Positions 47,843-60,640 of a DNA stretch of 64,000 nucleotides are shown in pieces (within the stretch, counting starts at the first letter, position 1; each line of letters starts with the position of its first letter). Source of the DNA: TPA_inf: Saccharomyces (Eukaryota). The notes under the pieces were generated by a model. It was not told where the DNA came from, did no database searches, and saw only the letters and a program-made list of their open reading frames with translations. The stretch spans positions 128,001 to 192,000 of the forward strand of contig BK006944.2 of the NCBI GenBank assembly GCA_000146045.2. The letters are read 5' to 3'. The position numbers were made by a program, and so were the translations under genes.

Positions 47843-48481
47843 TCATTCCCACCAACTAACGAGTCCCATGCCATCAGTTTGACAACTACCTAATAGGGCA
47901 TATGCTGGAGGTTTTTCGTTTTGAGGAGTTTCTTCATTCTTACCCTCAATCTCATTCTCTAATTGAGCTCTTTCCTCCAATTCTCGTTCTTTGGGTGATT
48001 TTGGCTTCACATCAACAAAAACTTCTCTTTCGATTCTGAATCTAATTTTTTCATTTACATCGAAATATAGTTTCGTCTCTTCATCCATGGGCCAAATCCA
48101 TGCACTTTCTTCAGGGGTATAATAGCACCCTTCGAATAACATATTTTGTGGGATAAAAATGTCATCAAATATACCTAACAGTGAAACTTTTATGCCTTCT
48201 GCTGTACATTTAGAAATCCATCCAGTTACTATCTCACCTAGAAACGGTTTGAAAACAACGGCTCGAAATGTAACGTTAATATAGGATGATCCATCGCCTG
48301 GCTTCAATTGGCCTTCCTCGACGGTTAATAAGTCGTAAATCGTAATACATAGACCGACATTGGGAATAATCTTGTTGGCGAACTTATTATTTAACTGATG
48401 TGTGATTGCCGATATTGTATCGCGATGGAATTGATCGGGCGGGATTCGTACCAAGTCAGCGATTTTTGAAAGGATAAACAT
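47843..48481 (-). CDS. RPC25: RNA polymerase III subunit C25 (Rpb7-like), 212 aa
   Basis: It begins MFILSKIADLVRIPPDQF and has an S1-like C-terminal fold. Length and position match YKL144C. Confidence 0.88.
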   Translation of the reverse strand: MFILSKIADLVRIPPDQFHRDTISAITHQLNNKFANKIIPNVGLCITIYDLLTVEEGQLKPGDGSSYINVTFRAVVFKPFLGEIVTGWISKCTAEGIKVSLLGIFDDIFIPQNMLFEGCYYTPEESAWIWPMDEETKLYFDVNEKIRFRIEREVFVDVKPKSPKERELEERAQLENEIEGKNEETPQNEKPPAYALLGSCQTDGMGLVSWWE

Positions 48482-48780
48482 ATTACCTTGTTCAATGAAT
48501 TTTCTAATTTAAATAGTACTACAGAATGTCTTTATACTACCCGATAGTTTCTTCCGAATAACGCTTCTTGCGTCTATTTCTGCACATGGCTTGAATATTC
48601 GTTATTATGATACGAAATTAACTAATCCGTATAACGCGACTGAAAATTTGTCAAATAAAAATTTTAAGCGATGAGCATCGCCTGAATATTATGAGCATCT
48701 AAATCAGGGTTCTTACCGAATCCTACGAGCAACCAGTATAGTATTTCAAAGACTTTAAGGGGAATATAAAAAGCACGAAG

Positions 48781-50172
48781 ATGTCGAAGAAATTTAGCTC
48801 TAAAAACTCCCAAAGGTACGTGGTGGTACACAGACCCCATGATGATCCTTCATTTTATGATACAGATGCCTCTGCGCACGTTTTGGTTCCTGTCTCCAAT
48901 CCAAATAAAACTTCTCCAGAAGCAGATCTTCGAAAAAAAGACGTGAGTTCAACAAAACCAAAGGGTAGGAGGGCTCATGTGGGAGAAGCAGCTTTATATG
49001 GTATTAATTTTGATGATTCTGAATACGATTATACTCAACATTTGAAGCCAATAGGTCTCGACCCTGAAAACTCCATCTTTATAGCATCCAAAGGCAATGA
49101 ACAGAAGGTCGAAAAAAAAAACATTGAAGATTTATTCATCGAACCTAAGTATAGACGTGATGAAATTGAGAAGGATGACGCGCTACCTGTGTTTCAAAGA
49201 GGGATGGCAAAGCCAGAATATTTACTACACCAACAAGATACCACCGATGAAATTAGAGGTTTCAAACCTGATATGAATCCTGCATTAAGAGAGGTGCTTG
49301 AAGCTTTAGAAGATGAAGCATATGTTGTTAATGATGATGTTGTGGTTGAAGACATCAGCAAAAAGACACAACTTCAAGGCGATAACTATGGAGAAGAAGA
49401 AAAGGAAGATGACATTTTCGCACAATTACTAGGGAGCGGTGAAGCAAAAGATGAAGACGAATTCGAGGATGAGTTTGATGAGTGGGATATTGATAATGTA
49501 GAAAATTTTGAAGATGAAAACTACGTTAAGGAAATGGCGCAATTTGATAACATCGAAAACCTGGAGGACTTGGAAAATATCGATTATCAAGCTGATGTTC
49601 GAAGATTTCAAAAAGATAACTCTATACTAGAAAAGCATAACTCGGATGATGAATTTTCTAATGCAGGTTTAGACAGTGTAAATCCCTCTGAAGAGGAAGA
49701 TGTGCTGGGCGAATTGCCCTCTATCCAAGACAAAAGCAAGACGGGGAAGAAGAAAAGAAAGAGCCGTCAAAAAAAGGGTGCCATGTCAGATGTATCTGGA
49801 TTTTCCATGAGTTCAAGTGCCATTGCGCGTACAGAGACGATGACAGTACTGGATGATCAGTACGATCAAATCATCAATGGTTACGAAAATTATGAGGAAG
49901 AACTAGAAGAGGACGAAGAACAAAATTACCAACCATTTGACATGTCAGCAGAAAGATCTGATTTTGAGTCAATGCTTGATGACTTTTTGGACAATTACGA
50001 ACTGGAGAGTGGTGGCCGTAAACTGGCTAAGAAAGATAAAGAAATTGAAAGGCTGAAGGAAGCTGCTGATGAAGTAAGCAAAGGTAAACTGTCTCAGAGA
50101 AGAAATCGTGAAAGGCAAGAGAAAAAGAAACTTGAGAAGGTCACCAATACACTAAGCAGCTTAAAATTTTAG
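48781..50172 (+). CDS. LTV1: Pre-40S ribosome export / biogenesis factor Ltv1, 463 aa
   Basis: An acidic, low-complexity 463-aa protein with a C-terminal basic coiled coil (RRNRERQEKKKLEK) and a GINFDDSEYDYTQHL motif. Its position matches YKL143W. Confidence 0.88.
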   Translation: MSKKFSSKNSQRYVVVHRPHDDPSFYDTDASAHVLVPVSNPNKTSPEADLRKKDVSSTKPKGRRAHVGEAALYGINFDDSEYDYTQHLKPIGLDPENSIFIASKGNEQKVEKKNIEDLFIEPKYRRDEIEKDDALPVFQRGMAKPEYLLHQQDTTDEIRGFKPDMNPALREVLEALEDEAYVVNDDVVVEDISKKTQLQGDNYGEEEKEDDIFAQLLGSGEAKDEDEFEDEFDEWDIDNVENFEDENYVKEMAQFDNIENLEDLENIDYQADVRRFQKDNSILEKHNSDDEFSNAGLDSVNPSEEEDVLGELPSIQDKSKTGKKKRKSRQKKGAMSDVSGFSMSSSAIARTETMTVLDDQYDQIINGYENYEEELEEDEEQNYQPFDMSAERSDFESMLDDFLDNYELESGGRKLAKKDKEIERLKEAADEVSKGKLSQRRNRERQEKKKLEKVTNTLSSLKF

Positions 50173-50514
50173 AGGAGTAGAATGAGATGAGAAAGCACCT
50201 ACATTACAAGTACTGTGTAGACATGTATACTTAGCCTAGAATGCATTGATGCTAAAATACATCCTGCCCACCGGGTAATAATTATGAAACGCGGCGGTGC
50301 TCTTTGTGGATTTCGGAGAAAGGGGGTGGAGGAAGGAGGTCGATTTTCATTATTCAAATATTGTTTTAGTATAAAGAAAACCGGCGTGCATTGCTTCAAA
50401 GAGCCGTTCAAATTAGTAACCGTTTGAGATATCTTGTCTTACTACTCGTATTCCGCAGATAAAGTACATTTTAAGAAAGGAAGTAAATACACATAAATAA
50501 ATAGCAGGAAGAAA

Positions 50515-51174
50515 ATGTCTAACGAAATTGAATTACTGCAGAAGCAAGTCTCTGAATTACAAGACTTAGTGAAGAAGCAAAGTCTGATTATCTCTAAGAC
50601 AGGAGAGCGTGTGCTGGAATTGCAGTTAGATAAACAAAAGCACGACGTAACTGATTTTGATTCGAAATTCTCTAAATCTATCTCGAAGAAATCAGGATCC
50701 GCTACTCAATTCGATGCCACTGATTTTGCCACAAATGAAGATCTAGTGGAATTAGTCAAAGAACTACAGGGTGAGCTAAATTTCATCGAGGAAAGGTCTA
50801 TCAGAAGACTTGTTAACTCTTTGAAAAAAGATGATGATGACGTTATAGCGCCACTGCCTAATGCAGATGGTGATATTCCTGCTATTTCAGACGGAGTGTT
50901 CCCTAAGTCGTTGAAAGAATTTAAAGACATCCCAGACTTAAAACTGGTAAGACTTGCTAAATTCTACGAAAGATTGCCACCAACTCTAAAGGAACAAGAA
51001 GATTTTGAAAACTTCCTGGAAGGTAAGGTGGAAGCCTTTCACATTAATGAGACCACTGATGAAGAGATTTCTAAGGAGTTGGAAAAGTTCTCCAAAGATG
51101 AGCTAGATGATGCATTTAATGATGTTGCCCGCTATCTAGGTCTCTCCCTTAGAAGAGGAACCGAAATATGGTAA
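50515..51174 (+). CDS. MRP8: Mrp8 (originally mis-assigned as a mitochondrial ribosomal protein), 219 aa
   Basis: A 219-aa acidic coiled-coil protein beginning MSNEIELLQKQVSELQDL. Its position between LTV1 and SDH3 matches YKL142W. Confidence 0.85.
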   Translation: MSNEIELLQKQVSELQDLVKKQSLIISKTGERVLELQLDKQKHDVTDFDSKFSKSISKKSGSATQFDATDFATNEDLVELVKELQGELNFIEERSIRRLVNSLKKDDDDVIAPLPNADGDIPAISDGVFPKSLKEFKDIPDLKLVRLAKFYERLPPTLKEQEDFENFLEGKVEAFHINETTDEEISKELEKFSKDELDDAFNDVARYLGLSLRRGTEIW

Positions 51175-51509
51175 ACAGAAAATGAAAAAAAATGAAAAAT
51201 CAATGAATAAGAGGGCTTGAGTTCCAGGTTCTAGAAATTTCCCTCACTTATATATATATATATATCTATATACATATAGTTTTGAGTATATCATAACAGG
51301 ATTCTCTTTCAATGAAACCTATGTTTTCCGCGGCATTGCAGTTAAAGGATGTTCTAGTGGTGAAAAAGAGAAGAAAAGAATTCAAAGTTTTCCTCCCATA
51401 AGTATACCTATACTTTTTATCTGTGATTGAAAGCTGTATACCAACAGCCTTCTATATATTACCTTGTATACCATTCAGTAGTCTTAAGCATCATCTAACT
51501 TTTGACCAG

Positions 51510-51650
51510 GTCCATTCTGATTGGCTGCGGTAGCCCGCTCCGTTTTCCGCTCTAAGCGTTTGGTACTTGTATAAATGTGCACTGGCATTATGATATCGAG
51601 ATCCCCGCATAGAAATCTCAGGACCAACCAAAAATTGCCAATCACAAGCT
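51510..51650. promoter_or_regulatory. CCAAT-type (HAP complex) boxes upstream of SDH3
   Basis: ctgattggct lies at about 51515-51524 and ttgccaatcac at about 51633-51643, 30-150 bp upstream of the SDH3 ATG at 51667. Confidence 0.35.
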
Positions 51651-51663
51651 CTAAGAATAATAA

Positions 51664-52263
<600 letters not shown>

Positions 52264-52778
52264 TTCTTTAAGGCGACGCACCTGTTTCTACACACAAATA
52301 TATATATAGCCAATTTTATATATACGTTCCTATATATGACCCAATACCGCACTTATTTATTCTTTAAGATCTTTATAACCCAAAATGCCGATTAACACAA
52401 ACCTATATTTACTAGGGGCACATTTTTTATTTTTTTGCCTTTCTGTAAAATACAATAGAGAAAATAAAGGAACAAACAAGAGGAAAAACAGGAAAAGATA
52501 GCGCAAGAGTAATCATATTCAACAAAATATCAGTGATTTTTTACAGATATCAAGATAATTTCTTTCCGGATACTTATTGAAGCTATTATTTGTTACTGGC
52601 AAGAAAAAGCAAACATAGGCGGTCATTTTTCTTTTGTATAAAGTAAATACAAGAAGAATTATTTTCGAGGAATAACTAGGTGTGCAGAGATATTAAGGAA
52701 CAAGGAAAGAAGAAAGAAAACAATTCGAACAAAACTTTATTATTCTAGCACTATTTTAAAAAACTGTCTTTTGGCAAA

Positions 52779-54425
52779 ATGTACTTCCCCTTTTTAGGCA
52801 GATTATCGATAACAGATTACATTATAGTCGTCTTGGTATACATAGAAAGCATTATTTCATCAGTCCTTAAACTTATACCACAACCAATGATTAACCTTTT
52901 CGAATGGCTAATAAATTTCTCAACGTCCTCCGATGACAATACCATCGAAGAAAAGTTAAGGTCAGCTCCAACTATCCATGAAATGTGTGCAATTTTTGAT
53001 ATATCTGTCGAGGATCATTTGGTAAGAACTGAAGACAATTATATCTTGACACTGCATAGAATCCCACCGATTTCTAAAAACAGATTTAACAATAAAGTGG
53101 TATACTTACATCACGGTCTTTTGATGTGTTCTGATGTTTGGTGTTGCAATATTGAAAGACATAAAAACTTACCGTTTGTATTGCATGATTTAGGTTACGA
53201 CGTCTGGATGGGAAATAATAGAGGTAATAAATATTCAACTGCCCACTTGAACAAACCACCAAAATCGAACAAGTTTTGGGATTTTTCTATCGACGAATTT
53301 GCGTTCTTTGACATTCCAAACTCAATTGAATTCATCTTAGATATAACAAAAGTGGACAAGGTCATCTGCATCGGATTCTCTCAAGGCTCTGCTCAAATGT
53401 TTGCTGCATTTTCGTTGAGTGAAAAATTGAATCGAAAAGTCTCCCATTTTATAGCCATAGCACCCGCTATGACTCCAAAGGGGTTGCACAACAGAATTGT
53501 CGATACCTTGGCCAAATCATCGCCCGGCTTTATGTATCTTTTCTTTGGTAGGAAAATTGTGTTACCTTCAGCTGTCATTTGGCAAAGAACTTTACATCCA
53601 ACACTTTTCAATTTGTGTATCGATATCGCAAACAAGATACTGTTCAATTGGAAGTCGTTTAACATTCTACCGAGACAAAAGATTGCTTCTTACGCAAAAC
53701 TTTATTCAACGACCAGTGTAAAATCCATTGTTCACTGGTTCCAAATATTAAGATCTCAGAAATTTCAAATGTTTGAAGAGTCTGATAACATGCTAAATTC
53801 CTTAACTAGGCCTTACCAAATTGCTAATTTTCCTACTAGAACAAATATCAAGATTCCCATTCTTTTAATTTATGGTGGCATAGATTCTTTAGTTGATATT
53901 GATGTGATGAAAAAAAATCTACCCTTCAACTCCGTCTTTGATGTTAAAGTTGACAATTATGAACACCTGGATTTGATTTGGGGCAAAGATGCCGATACCT
54001 TGGTCATTGCTAAAGTCTTGAGGTTTATTGAATTTTTTAACCCTGGTAATGTTTCAGTGAAGACTAACCAGTTACTACCATCAGCAAGTCTGGTTGAGGA
54101 ATTACCAAGCACGACATGGAAGACAACTCATCCAACGCATGGTCTCAGTTATAGAACTCACTCGGCAGACCGTTCTCCGTTGTCTGTACAAGCTGATGAA
54201 GCGGATGAGGTCCACAATGCTGACAATTCAAGGTTCTTAAGACGAGTGTTTTCTACTAGTGCCATAGACGAGGACAACGAAAATGAGCACCAGGATGATA
54301 CAGAAGATCAAATCCATAAGGAGCAGCAAAGACGGTTAAGTGCCTATCTGGAATCATCCAAAGATTTACGACAACTAGATGCCAACTCTTCGACAACTGC
54401 GCTGGATGCTCTAAATAAAGAATGA
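52779..54425 (+). CDS. TGL1: Steryl ester hydrolase / lipase Tgl1 (acid-lipase family), 548 aa
   Basis: An alpha/beta hydrolase with the nucleophile elbow GFSQGS and the oxyanion motif HGLLMCS. It has an N-terminal transmembrane segment. Confidence 0.9.
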   Translation: MYFPFLGRLSITDYIIVVLVYIESIISSVLKLIPQPMINLFEWLINFSTSSDDNTIEEKLRSAPTIHEMCAIFDISVEDHLVRTEDNYILTLHRIPPISKNRFNNKVVYLHHGLLMCSDVWCCNIERHKNLPFVLHDLGYDVWMGNNRGNKYSTAHLNKPPKSNKFWDFSIDEFAFFDIPNSIEFILDITKVDKVICIGFSQGSAQMFAAFSLSEKLNRKVSHFIAIAPAMTPKGLHNRIVDTLAKSSPGFMYLFFGRKIVLPSAVIWQRTLHPTLFNLCIDIANKILFNWKSFNILPRQKIASYAKLYSTTSVKSIVHWFQILRSQKFQMFEESDNMLNSLTRPYQIANFPTRTNIKIPILLIYGGIDSLVDIDVMKKNLPFNSVFDVKVDNYEHLDLIWGKDADTLVIAKVLRFIEFFNPGNVSVKTNQLLPSASLVEELPSTTWKTTHPTHGLSYRTHSADRSPLSVQADEADEVHNADNSRFLRRVFSTSAIDEDNENEHQDDTEDQIHKEQQRRLSAYLESSKDLRQLDANSSTTALDALNKE

Positions 54426-54957
54426 AAAGAATGCGAGAGAAACCCTATTAAACTATTTTTTGTCTAGGATAATAATATTAGCGCTAATCTAAAAATCGAT
54501 GAACTAAAGAAAGAATATACGTACGTTTTATACACAATAAATGGATTTCATAAGAAGTCCTTAATATCCTCATGCTTGTGGATACTGGAAATTAGTAAAG
54601 TAATTAACTTCCTTTTAGCATTATTCTTATTTGGCTTAAAAAGGTCACGTGAAGCTCTATTTTTTTCGTTTTTTTTTTTCACTGATGGAAGAGAAAAACC
54701 TCTACATAATAAGGTAACTTTACATATTGATTGCCAATGAGATGTTAAAAAATGGACGGTTCAGACAGTAAAATACATTTAGAAAAAAAGAGAAGGTCTT
54801 ATCAGTGTATTTATTCACTGTGCATATTAGCTTTTTTTGGACTTTTTTTGTTCCATTAGTACTTTTAAAAAACCTATTTGTAAATAAAACTAATTCTAGC
54901 ACTATTCTTTGCACTAGAATAACACAGGGACCATACAGCATAAATTATTTGGTAACA

Positions 54958-56544
54958 ATGTCCTACAATAATGGCAATACTTATTCAAAGAGTTATAGCA
55001 GAAATAATAAGAGACCCTTGTTCGGAAAGAGGTCGCCAAATCCTCAGTCCCTAGCGAGACCACCGCCACCAAAGAGAATACGGACTGATAGTGGTTACCA
55101 GTCGAATATGGACAATATATCTTCTCATAGGGTAAATTCAAATGACCAACCAGGCCACACGAAAAGTCGTGGTAACAATAATTTATCTCGCTATAACGAT
55201 ACATCCTTTCAAACAAGTTCCAGATATCAAGGTTCAAGATACAACAATAATAATACGTCGTATGAAAATAGGCCTAAAAGCATAAAAAGGGATGAAACAA
55301 AGGCTGAATTCCTGTCTCATTTGCCAAAGGGGCCCAAATCTGTTGAGAAATCAAGATATAATAATTCATCCAATACTAGTAATGATATAAAAAATGGCTA
55401 TCATGCTTCAAAATACTATAACCACAAAGGCCAGGAAGGGCGGTCTGTCATAGCTAAGAAAGTTCCAGTTTCGGTTCTAACGCAGCAAAGGAGCACGTCA
55501 GTTTACCTAAGGATAATGCAAGTCGGAGAAGGAACATATGGTAAAGTTTACAAGGCAAAAAACACGAATACAGAGAAGTTAGTAGCGCTGAAAAAATTGA
55601 GATTACAAGGAGAGAGGGAAGGCTTTCCCATAACCTCTATACGAGAGATTAAACTACTACAAAGTTTTGATCATCCAAATGTCTCTACTATAAAAGAAAT
55701 AATGGTCGAATCTCAAAAAACTGTATATATGATATTTGAATATGCTGACAACGACTTAAGTGGATTACTATTAAATAAGGAAGTCCAAATTTCTCACTCA
55801 CAATGCAAACATCTCTTCAAACAATTGCTATTAGGAATGGAATATTTACATGATAATAAGATTTTACACCGTGATGTTAAAGGCTCAAACATCTTAATCG
55901 ATAACCAGGGGAATCTAAAAATAACAGATTTTGGACTAGCGAGGAAAATGAATTCGCGAGCTGATTACACTAACCGTGTCATTACGTTGTGGTACAGACC
56001 ACCAGAACTATTGTTGGGAACTACAAATTATGGAACAGAAGTTGACATGTGGGGTTGTGGCTGCCTCCTGGTGGAATTATTCAATAAAACTGCAATTTTC
56101 CAGGGCTCTAATGAATTAGAGCAAATAGAATCAATTTTCAAGATTATGGGAACTCCTACAATAAATAGCTGGCCAACGCTTTACGATATGCCGTGGTTTT
56201 TTATGATTATGCCACAGCAAACTACCAAGTATGTCAACAATTTTTCTGAGAAATTTAAAAGCGTTTTACCATCTTCAAAATGTCTGCAATTGGCGATTAA
56301 TTTGTTATGTTATGATCAGACGAAAAGGTTTAGTGCAACCGAAGCTTTACAAAGCGACTATTTCAAGGAAGAACCAAAGCCTGAACCTTTAGTTCTTGAT
56401 GGATTGGTAAGTTGCCACGAATATGAAGTCAAATTGGCAAGAAAACAAAAGCGTCCTAACATACTATCCACCAACACAAACAATAAGGGTAATGGTAATA
56501 GTAATAATAATAATAATAATAATAATGACGATGATGATAAATAA
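54958..56544 (+). CDS. CTK1: CTD kinase-I catalytic subunit Ctk1 (CDK family), 528 aa
   Basis: The kinase core has GEGTYGKVYKA, the PITSIRE (PSTAIRE-like) helix, HRDVKGSNILI and DFGLAR. An N/S-rich N-terminus is followed by a C-terminal poly-Asn/poly-Asp tail. First ATG at 54958 (MSYNNGNTYSK); the track begins 51 codons upstream at a non-ATG start. Confidence 0.92.
   Translation: MSYNNGNTYSKSYSRNNKRPLFGKRSPNPQSLARPPPPKRIRTDSGYQSNMDNISSHRVNSNDQPGHTKSRGNNNLSRYNDTSFQTSSRYQGSRYNNNNTSYENRPKSIKRDETKAEFLSHLPKGPKSVEKSRYNNSSNTSNDIKNGYHASKYYNHKGQEGRSVIAKKVPVSVLTQQRSTSVYLRIMQVGEGTYGKVYKAKNTNTEKLVALKKLRLQGEREGFPITSIREIKLLQSFDHPNVSTIKEIMVESQKTVYMIFEYADNDLSGLLLNKEVQISHSQCKHLFKQLLLGMEYLHDNKILHRDVKGSNILIDNQGNLKITDFGLARKMNSRADYTNRVITLWYRPPELLLGTTNYGTEVDMWGCGCLLVELFNKTAIFQGSNELEQIESIFKIMGTPTINSWPTLYDMPWFFMIMPQQTTKYVNNFSEKFKSVLPSSKCLQLAINLLCYDQTKRFSATEALQSDYFKEEPKPEPLVLDGLVSCHEYEVKLARKQKRPNILSTNTNNKGNGNSNNNNNNNNDDDDK
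56500..56541 (+). repeat. Coding trinucleotide repeat (AAT)9 followed by (GAY)4 at the CTK1 3' end
   Basis: aataataataataataataataataatgacgatgatgat encodes NNNNNNNNNDDDD. Confidence 0.8.
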
Positions 56545-56802
56545 GGATATATAGCCAATTGAAATAAGTAGACACAAAAAATAGATTAATAACTTATTTA
56601 TTACGCGATACCCGTAAATATGATACGAACATCTAATTTCATGTGAAGCGGCCTAGTGAATAGAAGGTTTGCCTATTTTCACTCGTTCACTATACGTAAC
56701 TTGGTTGTCTTTTTATGCAAGCTGTTTGTCCATCGTACCAACACCATCTCATTTCACATCTTATAAATTAGCCTGGCCACTAACTGTCTTACCTCTTATG
56801 CC

Positions 56803-57012
56803 TTATTGCGTTTTTCCAAGCATCTGCTCCATATAATAAATGTAACTACCTATCAACCAACTTCCATGTACCTTACCCAATTGGCCTACCAAGTTTTCGT
56901 TACATTGTTTCGACATGATATCTAGTTGTTTTGTCGTTTCCTGTAAATTCGTTTGAAGCTCTCTAAGTTCGTGTGCAAGCTGATTATACTGCCTTTGTTT
57001 GTTAGCGTTCAT
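56803..57012 (-). CDS. HSK3: DASH/Dam1 complex subunit Hsk3, 69 aa
   Basis: A 69-aa coiled-coil protein beginning MNANKQRQYNQLAHELRELQTNLQETTKQL. The track extends 15 codons further to a non-ATG start. Confidence 0.8.
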   Translation of the reverse strand: MNANKQRQYNQLAHELRELQTNLQETTKQLDIMSKQCNENLVGQLGKVHGSWLIGSYIYYMEQMLGKTQ

Positions 57013-57285
57013 TCTCTTGCCTGAAATTCTTTGTGTCCTCTTCGTTTTGAAGTTCAAATGTTCTGATATGTTCTATTTCGCCATTTATCTTGTTGATCTT
57101 TCTTCCCACCTTTACAAAAAAATAACGTTGATTTCAATGGGCATGATATAATATGAGCAATACAAAACATCAAAGCCTTCTTAGGAGTGTTACTTTCAAA
57201 CATGGATCTATAAACAAGTTATTCAATGATTAAACTATATACAGATGAAATTTTTATATCAATAAAACGATCTTTTACGTATCAT

Positions 57286-57822
<537 letters not shown>

Positions 57823-57956
57823 TTATAAAGTTGAAAACGGAGTGCCCTGTATTTATACCTATGATAGTTTAGGAAGATTTAACCATAATTAAAGCCAGAG
57901 ATACAAAAGTCGAATATCTTCAAGTTATCTGGAACAACTTTCATATATTTGATAAG

Positions 57957-58292
57957 ATGGAGCAAAACAAAGATCCGCAGATGATCTCGAAACATAGTTC
58001 TAGGCTACCTATATGGGTGCTAAGTCCTCGCGAAGAACAACAGGCTCGCAAGAACTTGAAGACGGAAACATACAAAAAATGTGCAAATTTTGTTCAAGCA
58101 ATGGCAGATTGTGCTAAGGCAAATGGAATGAAAGTTTTTCCCACTTGTGATAAGCAACGAGATGAAATGAAATCGTGCCTCCTGTTTTATCAAACAGATG
58201 AGAAATATTTAGATGGTGAAAGGGATAAAATTGTTTTAGAAAAAATCAACAAGCTTGAAAAGTTATGTCAAAAACAAAGCTCTACAAAATAA
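57957..58292 (+). CDS. CMC1: Twin Cx9C mitochondrial intermembrane-space protein Cmc1, 111 aa
   Basis: Two CX9C pairs are present, CANFVQAMADC and CDKQRDEMKSC. Confidence 0.88.
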   Translation: MEQNKDPQMISKHSSRLPIWVLSPREEQQARKNLKTETYKKCANFVQAMADCAKANGMKVFPTCDKQRDEMKSCLLFYQTDEKYLDGERDKIVLEKINKLEKLCQKQSSTK

Positions 58293-58459
58293 GCTGTGTT
58301 GATTGATGTTTTTGATTTACATCTTTTAAGGATTTTTTGATATATCCATTCTTGTACATAAATTATATACACACAGCCCAACAATAAAAAGGAAAAATTA
58401 ATACGAAGGGTATATATGTATGGTATAATACTTAAGTTCACTACAACGGACGTTTATAG

Positions 58460-60640
58460 TCAGAATAAATCGAGGAGATCCTGTGACACTATATTGCCGC
58501 CCGAAACATCGGGATTGTTTTTACCACCAGAAGATATACCGTTTGAGTCGCCACCTAGTTTCAGCTCCTTCAACCCTTGTACAGCCTTGGTATCATTTGT
58601 ATTTATTTGTGTGGCATCCTCAGATGGTCCGAAATCAAATAAATCATCCAAATCGCCTAAAGTTGTTAAAGTATTCAGCATTCCTGCATTTGTATTTGTT
58701 ACATCATCTCTTTCATCAAAATCCAATAGCACATCATCGTTAGCCTTGCTAGAAATTTCATTTTTTGCCATGCTTTCTAATTCCTCTATATGTTTTCCTT
58801 TAACTATATTTTGAACATACTTTTTGCCTTTTCTCCTATTTGAGTCGGGCTTGAAATAAATGGAACTTATAGTACCCAATTCCATTAATAGTTTCTCTAG
58901 CACTTCTGGTGAAAACTTCTCCAGTGTATTGGAGATCATTGGAAGTTTATTTTGACATAGATCATTAACCAAACTTTCATTATTTGGCATCGAAAGGCAT
59001 CTCCAATACATCATAGCCATATCTCGCACATCTAATTCATGTGTCTGTTGTGTGGCCAATTCTAGGACGCTTTGTAGCATACTACCCGTTAAAGTAGCAT
59101 GTAGTCTGACTATTGTCATTAGTAAAGACATCTGTGTTAAAGCTTCCTCTTGAACAAAGTTCTCTATAAAAATATTGATTTTTGACTCCAAATCTGAGAA
59201 ATTGTTGGGATGCTGTCCTAGCAACCAGACATAGTTGCACTTCGCAATATCTGATTGTAATAACACCTCTGGATTTGACCAAGTATTAAATACTGCACAA
59301 ACTTGTTTGGCCATCTTATCGTTTCCGGGGCAATGTCTTAATAAATCACATAATGATATACAGCAGTCGTCTTTTATTGTGTCTTGTCTTTCTAACAATT
59401 CTAGGAGAATATCCAAGACTTTACTGACGAATGATTCTTGTGCATATTTAATACCCAACTGGGACAAAGCTTGAATAGCTCTTGAAACAAACTCAGGTTC
59501 ATATTCCATTGCGTATTCCTTTAATTCTGTCAACAACAAAGTACATTGTTTCAAGTTGGAAGGATCGACTAGTCTTACAAGGATATCGATCTTCTCTAAC
59601 TTGACGTAAAGAGGATCGTTGAACTTGACATAAAATATTCTCAATTCTTTGGTTAACAGCTCTGGATATTTCTCCAATATGATCCTAATATTTTTCAAAG
59701 CAACATATTGCATTTCAGGCGGCGTAGACATCAGTGATACAAAAGCAGATGATAATCTTTTCATTATCAGACTGTTCGAGGAATATTCAATTTGAGGCAA
59801 GTTCCTTACGATTACCTTTATTGTAGCTAAAACAACGGCTGGATTAACGTGTTGTAAATGCGCAGTTACTCGATCAATGATATCTTGTGCCTCTAAAGAA
59901 TCTTTTGCCGAATATTCCGAAAGAGTTCCTAGTATGATAATTCTAGCCCATTCCGTACATTCGTTCAAAGCTAATAAGAATTGTGAAACGTGGGACTGGA
60001 TCAAACTTGAAAGATCAACGGCATCCATATCCATATTGTGAATTTCAATTAATGCTGCTGTTGCGTTTGCAATGACTAAAGGATTTGAGTCATCTAGGGC
60101 ATTGACCAAATCTTCGACGACACCCAACTCAACGCATAAATCCTTGTTTAATTGGAAAAGTTTTGCGACACATATCACTGCGGTTTTTCTAACATATGCA
60201 TTATCATCATGCAAGGTACGGCGGAGTGGTGTTTCAATGTATTCCAGGATTTTGTCAACTCTTATCATTGACATCGTTCTGATTGCCATGCAGCGAATTA
60301 AGGGATTTGGATCTTGTGCATCAGTAATGAATGTGTTAACGGCAAGAATACATAATTCGGGATGCGTCTCAGCATAATTCATCACATAAAGATAAACCAG
60401 TTTTTTTTGTTCAACGTCAATTGTGGCAATGTTTTTCAAGACGTCTGGGAACAGCGAAGAGACATCTTTTCCCAACGTCATTTGCTGGATCGTTTTCTTT
60501 ATTGCATCTTTCCGAGTCTGTGGGTATTGAGATACTAATCCAGTTCTTAATTCACTTAGTTCACCCTTACCGGATATTTTTGGCGCAATTCTAATGGAGT
60601 CTTTTAGAAACTTCTTGATTCTTTTATCCAATGGTGGCAT
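58460..60640 (-). CDS. APL2: AP-1 clathrin adaptor beta subunit Apl2 (beta-adaptin), 726 aa
   Basis: An N-terminal adaptin trunk of HEAT/ARM repeats (KKGELSELRTGLVSQ..., RKDAIKKTIQQMTLGKDVS) is followed by a C-terminal hinge rich in D, N and S. Confidence 0.9.
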   Translation of the reverse strand: MPPLDKRIKKFLKDSIRIAPKISGKGELSELRTGLVSQYPQTRKDAIKKTIQQMTLGKDVSSLFPDVLKNIATIDVEQKKLVYLYVMNYAETHPELCILAVNTFITDAQDPNPLIRCMAIRTMSMIRVDKILEYIETPLRRTLHDDNAYVRKTAVICVAKLFQLNKDLCVELGVVEDLVNALDDSNPLVIANATAALIEIHNMDMDAVDLSSLIQSHVSQFLLALNECTEWARIIILGTLSEYSAKDSLEAQDIIDRVTAHLQHVNPAVVLATIKVIVRNLPQIEYSSNSLIMKRLSSAFVSLMSTPPEMQYVALKNIRIILEKYPELLTKELRIFYVKFNDPLYVKLEKIDILVRLVDPSNLKQCTLLLTELKEYAMEYEPEFVSRAIQALSQLGIKYAQESFVSKVLDILLELLERQDTIKDDCCISLCDLLRHCPGNDKMAKQVCAVFNTWSNPEVLLQSDIAKCNYVWLLGQHPNNFSDLESKINIFIENFVQEEALTQMSLLMTIVRLHATLTGSMLQSVLELATQQTHELDVRDMAMMYWRCLSMPNNESLVNDLCQNKLPMISNTLEKFSPEVLEKLLMELGTISSIYFKPDSNRRKGKKYVQNIVKGKHIEELESMAKNEISSKANDDVLLDFDERDDVTNTNAGMLNTLTTLGDLDDLFDFGPSEDATQINTNDTKAVQGLKELKLGGDSNGISSGGKNNPDVSGGNIVSQDLLDLF

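Noticed and set aside
58416-58814. A 132-aa plus-strand ORF overlapping the APL2 3' end (the position of dubious YKL136W)
   Set aside because: It is antisense to the conserved beta-adaptin C-terminus and is Ser-rich low complexity.
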